Source: Lepidodermella squamata (taxonomy: Eukaryota; Animalia; Gastrotricha). From it: DNA of 64,000 bases. Under the pieces are notes generated by a model. The model made no database searches. It worked only from the letters and a program-made list of their open reading frames with translations, and was not told the DNA's origin. Where the stretch lies: positions 1,612,001 to 1,676,000 of the forward strand of contig JBLDXI010000004.1 in assembly GCA_047495785.1 (NCBI GenBank). Reading direction: 5' to 3'. Positions 37,701-48,212 of the stretch are shown piece by piece. How positions within the stretch are numbered: position 1 is the stretch's first letter; each line of letters opens with the position of its first letter. The position numbers and the translations under genes are program-made.

Positions 37701-38355
37701 ATTGTGGAACGTATCAGCCTCGACAGACGACATGGCGCAGGTGCGGCAGCTCGTTGCGGAGATAGACGATTCCACTGGCGGGAAATTCGACCCGAACTGG
37801 CGAAACCCGAAAATGGTCAACTGTGGTGCGTGGCCCACGACGAATGGCAGCCTGCTGCACAGTGTTACGTGCAATCAGACGCAATCAGACCAGCGATTGC
37901 AAATTGCTCAGCTGTTCGTCGATCGTGGAGCCGATGTAAATTCCAGGGAAAATTACTATGGCCAAACGGCATTGATCATTGCGGCTGCGAACGGGCAAGT
38001 CGAAGTAGTTCGACAGTTGCTGGATCGCAACGCCGCCATCGAGGCCAAGGATAAAGAAGGCGAGACGGCGTTGATAGGCTCGGCTTATCGTGGGCAAGTC
38101 GAGGTAGTTCGGCTGTTGCTGGATCGCAACGCTAAAATCGAGGCCAGGGATAACAATGGCGATACGGCGTTGATAGGTTCGGCTTATCGTGGGCGCATCG
38201 AAGTAGTTCGACTGTTGCTGGATAAAGGTGCGAATAAGAATGCCAGAAGTACAGTTGGCAAGACAGCTCTCGATTACGTGATATGCAGCAACCTAAACGC
38301 AGCGGCCGATTTGCTGAGGTCGCGAGGAGCAAGTCGAGCAAAACCATATTGTTGA
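31706..38355 (+). pseudogene. Trypsin-like serine protease + 5 CCP/Sushi + Cys-capped ankyrin repeats, copy 1 (two frame lesions)
   Basis: Exons 31706-31863, 31919-32043, 32098-32393, 33074-33627, 33678-33853, 34246-34422, 34485-34661, 34714-34895, 37681-38355. Catalytic triad TAAHC / DFALL / GDSGGP. A frameshift in the signal peptide (TAG at 31739) and a 1-nt loss at ~33851. The link to the ankyrin exon is inferred from phase 0 and from copy 2. Confidence 0.78.
34948..35132. mobile_element. MITE with ~32-bp TIRs
   Basis: ATATCGTTAGCGGCGCGCCAAAACAACCACTT / AAGTGGTTGTTTGGGCGCGCCGCTAATGATAT. Confidence 0.75.
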
Positions 38356-40398
38356 AATCAGTGATCAGTGGAATATGACGCAGATTGACGTTGCAAGATA
38401 GGCGCTACTACTAAATATTCCTTCACGCTTCCAGCACACCTATCTAGCACTGATCTAGCTCTCGTCCAGCACTATTCCAGTAAAAACCATGTTACATTAA
38501 TTTAATCTCCTTCTTCCCTGTTGATCTGGATGCATAGTTGACCTAAGTTTCGGGTTCAAATGTGGTTTTCAATTGGTGCCAGATTTCAGTGCACGTAACG
38601 CAAAAAAACCCACATCTCTAATTTGAACGACATATTGATGTCTACGTTGGTTCCAGCTAATTTTTCAAGCAATTTTAACATTGCATGAACATTTCAGCGG
38701 AAACTGGCAGTCTCCGTTGCGATCCGGATTCACAGTGGAATGATGGCTTCTAAAAAGCTTTAACAACAATAAAGGCTCGATTTCAGATTTCATTGGAGCT
38801 TTCGAACCCTATTTGTCGGCTTCAAAATATTCCACACCCAGTTAAATTTTCCCGTTTGAGAGCTACATTTTGATGTAAAGTTTGTGCAGATTTTTCTCAA
38901 AACAAGACAGCTATTGCGTTCTGAAGTGGGTCCTGAAATTGCTATTTCTTACGAACAAAACGAAAATCTGTATTACGTGGGTTTACTCAACCGGGACCTC
39001 CTTTTGGCCTTTGAATTGGCCGGGGGAACCTCTGAGACTGATGGGAACAATGCTAGTACTAGTTCTATCTGCACACTGCTGGGACGGCTCGAACTGCTCT
39101 ATTGCCGCGATTAACTGCTATCAAGATTGGCAGCAACCTCTCCAAATCATCGGGCAACGGCGGTACATAGCTAACAGCGTTATCCTCATAGTGGCGTTGA
39201 ACGCGCGCAAACAAGGAATGCAAGCCTGGCAAACGACAGCGTTGCTCGAGGGCGGAGACTCTGACGCGGTAGTCGTGAAATTGACTGCCAGAATTGCGCT
39301 GAGTGTTTGCAATATGGCGACGTGGAACTGTTGCCGCTAAAGGCAAGCCCAGGCAGTGATCGATTCTGTTCTGAGCTGCACATTTGTAAATCCCACCTAG
39401 GAACGTCCAGGGGTAAAAATTCAAATTTGCCGCACTAGCTCACAGCATTCACACGAATTAATAGTTTTAGTGGTTTTCAAAATAAAAATACTTAAAAATA
39501 TTATATTTATTATTTCTTTATTTTATCACGTGATTTTAGCCGCGCAAGTCCGCGACCAGCTGTGAAAGCTGCATCCTGAGAGTTTAAAGTCCTCGTTTCG
39601 AATTTGAATAGAATAAATCGAATGGAAATGTGTGATCGTTTCAAGCCATTGGACGAAATGTTGAGGCCCTTCATCCCGCCTGAATTCAGGGATGCTGCTA
39701 TGTACAAAGCCGGCTTTGAATGCTACCAAGAGAAGCGGCTCCGAAGCTGTTCAGGAGCAAATTTCTAAAATTACTGAAACTCGGTTAAAGAAGCCACAGC
39801 GTTGCGACACCCCATCACCCCTGGACTTCGCACCCTGTCCGAAATGGTAGCTCTTGGTAGCAATAAACGTAAAATACCACGTGAAATACCAGGTACCAAA
39901 GGATCTGGTTCAGATTACAAGAGAGTGCAACGAATGTGCTACTTGTTACGCTTCCCCCATGACAGAAGAGCTTGTGCAACAGTGGAGTCTTTGTGTGACG
40001 CGGCAAGTTTTATTGTCAAAGTAAACTTCCGTATATCAGTAGGATTTAAGCGGGGTAAGCTATTAAGGTAATAAGGCTTCAGCACGAACAAACCATTAAG
40101 GTCCAATAGCTACAGCACGACTAAGCGATTGTCCAGCTTAATGAGTACAGTGCTCCCCCGCTATCTGCATGGGGGCCGGGTCCAGGGTCGTGCAATTATC
40201 GGGGAGACAGCTAACGGGGGCTGTAAACGAGTCAGGGATTAAGTTTGAGCGAGTTTCTAGCCAGATGGCGCTGAGCAAACAGTACAACGGGTGGTTTTTA
40301 TTTCGCCTCTAGACTCTCTTTATTCTGAGCGGAAAATCGCATCAACGATTATGTTTCACGTTTCCTTGTGATTTATAGCAGGGTTGGGGTTTATACAG

Positions 40399-40500
40399 AT
40401 ACCGTAGTTACCGAAATACAAGCCTAGGCGGCAACCCTTTGTCGGCACTTTGATGTTCTTTGTAGTGCCGCCCAGGCTTGTATTTCGGTAACTACGGTAT
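40399..40500. mobile_element. Palindromic MITE (TACCGTA termini, Tc1/mariner-pogo-like)
   Basis: 35-bp arms ATACCGTAGTTACCGAAATACAAGCCTAGGCGGCA / TGCCGCCCAGGCTTGTATTTCGGTAACTACGGTAT. Confidence 0.75.
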
Positions 40501-40845
40501 TTCAAATTTAGAATCTGTTCAAACGTTTAAACGTTTAAACACATGTTTAAACAGGTATATATACAGATAGTGTAAAAATGGGTATTTCGCTCAAAGCTAC
40601 ATCTCGTTAACTGTATCTCTAGTTGAATTTTAAGTTGCACCACGTGATTCTGCGTGAAAAACTGCATAGTTCGATGTATTACTCGACTATCTATTTTCTC
40701 ATTCAGAAACACAAAATGAGGAAGGTGCAATAAAGTAATTAAATAATTCAAAAAATGCAATTATTTCCGGAAGTATGACAGCTACTGAAATTCTGACAAC
40801 GGATTCGGAACCGCCGTGAAAAGCCCCCCCCCCCCCCCGGGGTTT

Positions 40846-41130
40846 CTAAGGGGTGTGCAAGGTCAAAGGAAGCGGTTGGGCTGCATCGCAGTAGCCTGTT
40901 GTCGAAAAAACTCGTTCGACCTCGCAACAACTTGCCGGAATCGAAAACAGCAGTTGCGCGTATTGATACAGTCGAGGGAACATCTGCTGATTTTCCCGCC
41001 AGAAGGCGTAGCAAGCGGAGCAATTGCCGAATGAACCCGGGCCAGGCAGATTAGGTTCAGGTCGAGGATGGGTGGGGTTCGAATATTGCAACAATTCCTT
41101 CTCGACCAGGCTAGCCAATGCAGTCGACAA
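40846..41130 (-). mobile_element. hAT transposase remnant (C-terminal dimerisation domain)
   Basis: FWRENQQMFPRLYQYAQLLFSIPASCCEVERVFS matches the hAT FW...P.L...A...L.IPA....ER.FS signature. Confidence 0.85.
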
Positions 41131-41960
41131 CCTGGTCGAGAAGGTCGAGAAGAGTTAGCAAAAATGTGAAGCAGTGGATATTTTATTAATTGCTGTGTAT
41201 TAGATATACGCATGTATGTGGCACCCGGGCACTAGAAATAGGAAATATACAAAATTCGTAATTAATAATTTTGCGGAAGCATCAGCTGAAATCCGATTGG
41301 GCAGCTAATTTATCTAAAACGATAAGTATCATGAGTTTTCACATTGAATTTTAAATTAAATTAAATGACCGGTCGAAATTGAATGAAATAGGAGAGAATA
41401 GTAAAAGAGCGTGTAGAAGAGAAATAGTTAGCACGTCAAAGCATTCTCGATGGAGTCTACACTCTAAATGATCTAACTTGATGTCAATGAACGCGAATAG
41501 AAACACGAAAACAGGCATGATGCGGACCGTTTTTTATGGGGCTATTGCTCTTTTACCTGCTTCCGAGTGGTCAAAATCAGAGTCTCATCTATGCTCTCTG
41601 CGTTATTTAAGGGGTCAAACTGATGATAAGACGACCAGGGAACAGCTATAGGTATCAATTTTCGTGCCGAGTTCTTTACGGCCTTATCGAAGACTTGAAA
41701 ACACCTCCTGGCTTAGGTTCGAATTCATTTTTTAGTCGATTGGATGTGTTCAAACTGGTTTGAAATTTATTACGCCAATGAAAATTGCCAACGCAGTCTT
41801 TCACATATCTCACCAATATTACATACTAACAGAGAAAAAAGATGAATTGAAACCTTAATATACGAAAAATACTCGCTGCTTTTAGCTGCACGTTTACGCG
41901 AACACGAAGAAATTTTTATTAAGCCTTTGTTGTGGCAGATTTTCTTGTGAAATTTGTAAA

Positions 41961-44900
41961 ATGCGCCTTTTCGTAGCTAATATAATCCCTTTGCTTGTGT
42001 TGGTATCCGGAGTAGTCGTTGCTCAAGACAATGCGATGGAATGTGGTGTTGTGAACCCGACACAAATGGCAAAATCAACAGGCCCAGGCAGTCAACCAGC
42101 AGGAGCACACGAGTTCCCGTGGCTTGTTCGTTCAGATTTAACATTAATGCAATTCAGAATAAGCAGGGTTTTTCAAGGTCTTACTTGAGATAACCTTCAT
42201 CGGCGAAACAGAAGCCGAATACTGCGGAGCTTCTCTCATCTCGAAGCAATGGCTGATTACCGCTGCTCATTGCGTTTGGAATGACGGAAAAACTCCGATC
42301 TCGTTAGTGTTATAGTGCATTCGTCGTTTCGGCAGTCGTCTTATTGTTTACGTACAGGATCACGGCCAAGCTAGGTCGCCATAACATCAGCGTCGCTTCA
42401 GAGACGGCGTCTCACGAATCTTCAGTGTCGCTGCCACCTTCGGTACATCGGCTCTACAACGGCAGTCAGAACTTCTACGATTTTGATTTCGCTCTCTTGC
42501 GGCTGTTGAGCCCCGTCCCTGGGTTCTCGCAGCAGATCAAACCGATTTGTTTGCCTGACTCGGCTACCATGTGTCGAGCCAACTCTGTCACCGCCAATTC
42601 AATTGATGGATGCGATTCCGCGGTTGCTGTTGGCTGGGGTTACTTTAAAAGCAGTATGTTTAATTATTTCTGTACTTGAATGTATTAAGTGGGGTTCAGA
42701 AACTCGTGTGTAAACTACACATTCATGATTCATCGTTCTTTTCTTATGCGCAAAATTCATCTTTTGCAAAAAACGGTCGAGAAGCCATTTGAATCATGAA
42801 CGATGAACGATAGCCTTTCACAAATTATTTGTCATAATTCATGATTCAAATAGCGATTTTTTGCGTGCGTATATTTGTGTTGATCGAAAAAAACGAAGCC
42901 GCCACTGAGCACAGAACCCATGATGTTGGTTTAGCACGGCCAGAGCTAAACCACTATGCCACTAGCAAGCTTCGGTGATTGCGGGTGTTTCTGTCATTAT
43001 CTTCCATTTAAGCCATTGACTTGCGCAGTATCAAAACTGCAAAACTAGCCATTGTAGAAGATGGACATTTTGCCGAAAGGGGGATATAGGTAAGGGTCCC
43101 CCCCCCCCCTTATATCGCTCAAGTTTCCGCAGGGTTCAGGGAAAAAATCATAAGGGTTAGGCTTCGATCCCGAGGGCTCGAAGCAGGGACTAGAGTGCTC
43201 TAGTCAAAGATAAAGGTCAAATGATTTCGATTTATTGAAATAGGTTTTGAAAATAATTGAATTTTTAACGAATTTTTCCAATTGCTCAGAATATCAAAGT
43301 CAACAGCGAGAATTAGGAGATGATGACGTAAAAGCCTTAATCAACAAAAGCTCACTGGTGGCACAGTGGCTTTAACTCCGAACTATCATGCCCAGTGTCA
43401 TGGGTTCTGTGCCCTGCGGCCGCGGTCCTTTTTTGACCATAATCGCGCACAAAAAAAAATGGCTAAACAGCTTCTTGAATCATGAATTATGACAAATAAT
43501 TTGTGAAAGGGTTTCGTTCATCGTTCATAATTCAAGTGAGCCTGCAAAAAATCTTTTACATCATTCATGTGGAAAACACGAGTTTGTGAATCGCCCTTTA
43601 CAATGTACAATTACTATGTACAACCAAAATTGGAAAGCAATGTACAACCAGCGATTTTCGCAGTCATAGTATGTACGGGAAGACACTCCGTTTTTATCAA
43701 TTCAAAAACGTGTTTTATCCAAAGTTACAGTGTAGAAGATGGGCATTTTACCGGGATATCTAGGTAAGGGGCTAGATTTGACACTGGAAATAAATCTGGT
43801 TGAAGAAACAGATCATTCGTCGCATGTGGTCTTTTTCTCTATCATATCGTGTATTGCCTCGATTAGTTATGGCTTTTATTCTAACTGCAGCCTTCTATTC
43901 GAATTTTAAAGAATTCGGTATAGCGAAGCATCCGGCTTTTTTAAATAGCCTAATATTTCAGCTAAACTATCTGAGATCCCGAGGAAACTGGATCTCCAGG
44001 TTCGATCGTATCGAAATTGCTCGCTGGAGTATTCTCGCTTGCGTTCGGAATCGGTCACCATCACCGACTCGAAAATGTGTTTAGACGCTAAGGGCAGCAG
44101 CGACGTTTGTTATGGTGATTCTGGAGGCCCTACCATGTGTTTGAAATCGATGCAGATTTACCTGCTTGGCTTAATTTCGAATGGCGATGGGTTTTGCCAG
44201 GGATCCATTCCTGGCATCTACAGCAGAGTCTGCAAGGTTCTCGATTGGATTTCAAACAACACCGATGTTCGCATACAGACGACTACGCAACAGCAGCCGT
44301 GTGTCGTACCAAATATCGCATCGGGATTTGTGACCAGAGTGGACCCGGAAACTTCAGAGGATACCGGCGATGTTCTAGGGCCTGGAACTGCTGTGGAAAA
44401 GGGCGGGGCTGTTAGCGTTAAATGCAACCCCGGTTACACTTACTCGTCCTCTGTCACCATTGCTTCGTGTTTCCCTCCATTGAGACCGGCGATAAATGGA
44501 AGGTGTGACCCGATAAGTAAGTGATTCAGGTCTTCTAAATTTAGATATTATGCTTATGATAAAGGCTGCGGTCCCGCTCCTGTATTAAGTAACGGCTTTT
44601 GGACGGGTTCTAACAGATCCGCATCGTACATGTCCACGATGACATTGGTGTGCAATCCGGGCTTCCAACTCGTTGGTCAGAGTACAAGCCAATGCCAAGC
44701 AAACGGAAGCTGGTCTGTGGCTGGTAGCTGTGAAGCAGCAGGTGACTCATTTTCAGTCCTTTTCGATGCTTCTATTAAATTAGCGTGTAAAGTTTGTCGA
44801 CCACCGCCCTCGATACAGAACGGATACATATCCCCTGGCCAATCGAGCGTCGGAGCTACTCGATCCATTTCATGCAACATGAACTTCGACATTCGAGGAA

Positions 44901-46331
44901 ACGCTACAATTACGTGCCTATCCAACTTAGTCTGGTCCCAGCCTGGTTCATGCGTTTCGAAAAGAACTGTAAGTATTTCACGAAAATCAACCACCAAGCA
45001 GTTGCGCGTTAATTCCACATAACATCACACCTCCAATTGTGATTCGCGCACAATAATTTATAGGGTAAAAAATTACCGCTTTCACGGCTGCTCGAAAGAT
45101 CGCCTGAAATCAGCTGGGCGGATAGGACGATTTTTTACAAGCGGATTTGAAAATCGTGATACAGGCCTTCGAAAACCGCTCGAACTGCCGTCACAAATTC
45201 TCCCGCAGATAAATAATTCCGCCATGAAAGGGTTAACCTGGGTAATAAAGGGTTTTATTGGTAAGAACAGGGCAAGGTAACCTAATTCTGCATGATAAAT
45301 GCCAAGGTGTTAGCGAATAGCCAGAAGAATTAGGCAGGATGAAGTCGAAGATGGACCTTTCGCTGGGAGAGAGGAATGATAGTGATTTCCTCGCTCGCTC
45401 GCTCGATTATGTACTCTTAAAGCTTCAGTCAATTTTTCGATTGGCAGGCCATATTTTATTGAATAAAAACAATATAGCGGAGTAAGCGATCGGTATTTCT
45501 ACGCTATTTGGACTGAATTTTGTGCGCACACGACTGAGACTCTTGCTGACCGCATGGAATTGTTTCGGGAGAGCTGCGACAGTCGCATGCTGATTCACCG
45601 ATGTAACCACCGATTCCGTATTCCCACATTAAATGTTCAACCCAAAATTATAAATAATGATTAATTCATTTCGTATTACAGTTACGCACGGCGGAAAGTC
45701 AACTTGCTAACAATGTTCTCACATTTAGGTTTATGAAATGTACGTGCAGTTGTGGAATGTAACAGCCTTTACGGGCGACGTGGCGCAGGTGCGGCAACTC
45801 GTTGCGGATATCGACGAATCCACTGGCGGCAAGTTCGACGCTAACTGGCGCAGCCCAAATGCCTACAATTGCTACATTCGTGGATCTGGTATTACTTTGA
45901 TAAATGGCATCCTGCTGCACAGTGTTATGTGCGGTGCTATGAACGCCACACAGACGCAATCGGACCGGCGATTGCCAATTGCGCAGCTGTTCCTGGATCG
46001 TGGAGCTGATGTGAATTACAGAGATAATTACTATGGCTGGTCGGCGTTGATATTGGCGGCTATGAATGGGCAGGTCGATGTAGTTCGACTGTTGCTAGAT
46101 CGCAAAGCTGACATCGAGGCTAAGGATAAAAATGGCTGGACGGCGTTGATGCATGCGGCCAGGTGGGGGCAAGTCGAAGTGGTTCGTTTGTTGCTGGATA
46201 GAGGCGCAAATAAGGATGCTAGAGATTCAGACGGCAATGCAGCTCTCGATTTGGCGATTTGCAACGACAAAACCGATGCAGCCAATTTGCTGAGGTCGCG
46301 GGGAGCAAGTCGAGCGAAGTCCTCTTGTTAA
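41961..46331 (+). CDS. Secreted trypsin-like serine protease + 3 CCP/Sushi + Cys-capped ankyrin repeats, copy 2 (predicted 698 aa, intact)
   Basis: Exons 41961-42125, 42178-42302, 42358-42653, 43962-44516, 44565-44741, 44793-44968, 45729-46331 total 2097 nt, all GT-AG and in frame. Signal peptide, intact triad, Asp at the S1 position (SDVCYGDSGGP), no TM segment. Confidence 0.82.
42690..43596. mobile_element. Intronic fold-back element with tRNA-like arms
   Basis: 42789-42849 is inverted at 43475-43535, and 42909-42972 is inverted at 43348-43414. The latter has A-box-like TGGCACAGTGG and B-box-like GGTTCTGTGCC. Confidence 0.65.
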
Positions 46332-46599
46332 ATTTCTTTGTAATCAAGCAGACTATTCATTATTTTTATCATTTTTATTGAATGTTTACCAATAGCGAAA
46401 TGCTGGCCCATTCTTCCAGATTTTGTGAGTTGCACACGGTGAAAGCACTCCGAACTCGCACTCTCACCCCCAACTGAAGAAAGCGTCAAATACTCAATGT
46501 AGGTACTGCGAGTTTCGGCTACACTTTGTAAAACAGATAACGCATTTCATCAAATAATAACCATGGCTATTATTTTTTTCCGAATCTTCGGATGATAAC

Positions 46600-46800
46600 G
46601 GCGACGTTCTAGGGTCTGGGGTCCGTGACCTAATTATGTGACCTAGATACCTCAGCCTTTGTTTTTCAACAATGCGGCTCACTTCAATGAGACCTCCGCA
46701 TAACGCAAGCCGAATGTGACCATTTTACGGTCCCTAAAAAAGTAGCCTTTTTCATCGAAGCCACTGATATGGAATCGTATAACGCCTCAAGCCTCATATT
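46600..46800 (-). mobile_element. RTE-like LINE 3' fragment
   Basis: IVEKQRLRYLGHIIR matches the RTE C-terminal RL.W.GH..R motif. Confidence 0.6.
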
Positions 46801-47178
46801 AATGTCTTTGCATCATATACCCGAAGGAGGTCGTATAACAAAATTAATTGATGTTTTCATCATTATTTTATTGTAATTCGATCAGAACCATAGTTAACGG
46901 AGATCAGAAGGCATTTTTCATTTTTCTTATGTGAAAAATGCTTACCAAATAAAGTTAGATTCTTAATAATGTGAAGCAGTGGATGTTTTATTATTGCTGC
47001 GTAATAGGTGGCACCAGTGAATTAGAAGCAGGAAATATCATGCAAATACGGGTTCTTGTAGAAGTCGTGTAAAAATCTGGATAACTTGAAATCCGATTCA
47101 TTGAAAGAAAAAATTCACAATTTTCGATGCGTTTCGACACTGATTAACATTTCTCCCTCCTCAGTTCAAGCTACGAAT

Positions 47179-47763
47179 CTATCGCCTCCTCGCATTGCAG
47201 TCGACGAAATTTTTCCTGAATAATGATAATTGTATTGCAAATTGTCAGGACATGGCATTCAAGTTGTACCTCATACAAATAAGCACTCGGGCACACCTCT
47301 GATCATCTGATGCATCCTTGCCAATGACATCTGGATGGCATCTTGCTGCTAAGCATTGTAGAGCATCAGGCGACAATGACCTGCATATATACCGAAAAAT
47401 AGATAAAGCTTAATTACAGCATTCAGTAGCTTAAAGAAATTGATGGAAATGGCGGGCTATTATTCCATAATTCGATCACTTTCAGTGAAAACGTTGAGCA
47501 ACCGCATTTTCCCCCGATTCTAAAGCCTGGTCAGTGACTAATTATTTAGAGCTGATTGTAAGAAAATCTACCAGGCCGCGATAAGGAGCCGGTTTCAACT
47601 CACAGGCTCATAATTCCCAGGATTTGTTCGCATGTTTCCGCTTTTGACGATACAGCACAGCATAGGACGATTGCAAAGCCTGAATATAAGGGAGGAGAAT
47701 GAGTCATTGATATCGCTCTGAATGAATTTCCTTACCAAGAAACCAAGAACGTGCGGCATTCAT
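47179..47763 (-). CDS. Small secreted 6-Cys protein, copy D
   Basis: Four exons, all GT-AG: MNAARSWFLGFAIVLCCAVSSKAETCEQILGIMSLSLSPDALQCLAARCHPDVIGKDASDDQRCARVLICMRKNFVDCNARRR*. Confidence 0.82.
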
Positions 47764-48212
47764 TTCGAGTTTCAGGATTCTTAAAGCTTCGTTTAGAGCG
47801 AAATAGTTCGAACTAGTCTGAAGCTAAATGCGACAAGTACGTATGTTGTATTAGGGTCAGCACTCGCAGTCCCTAAATGTGTCATATTCTCGTATAATTA
47901 CTTCATCTCTGGCATTTAGCTAAGTGTGAATGCGGTACAGATTAAGTATAATGGCGCAATTAACACAATGCAAGGCCATCATTATACCACGCATCAACGA
48001 TTTTTACTCATGTCTTTACATCAGCGACTTTAATTGCCTCCTCAACTGCACTTTAATTGCATGAATTATCCGCTTTTGGTCTGTAAAGTTGTTTCCAAGT
48101 TTGCAAGAAGGGGTTTTATTTTGATCGAAAAAATGCACACGAAAGAGGACATAAGTTAGAAGGGAAAAAGTTGAATTTTTTTCAAAGCTAGCCCAGACTT
48201 GTCGAAAGCGGT

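Noticed and set aside
38870-40070. GC-richer stretch with several overlapping ORFs
   Set aside because: No recognisable motifs or consistent exon chain; probably decayed sequence.
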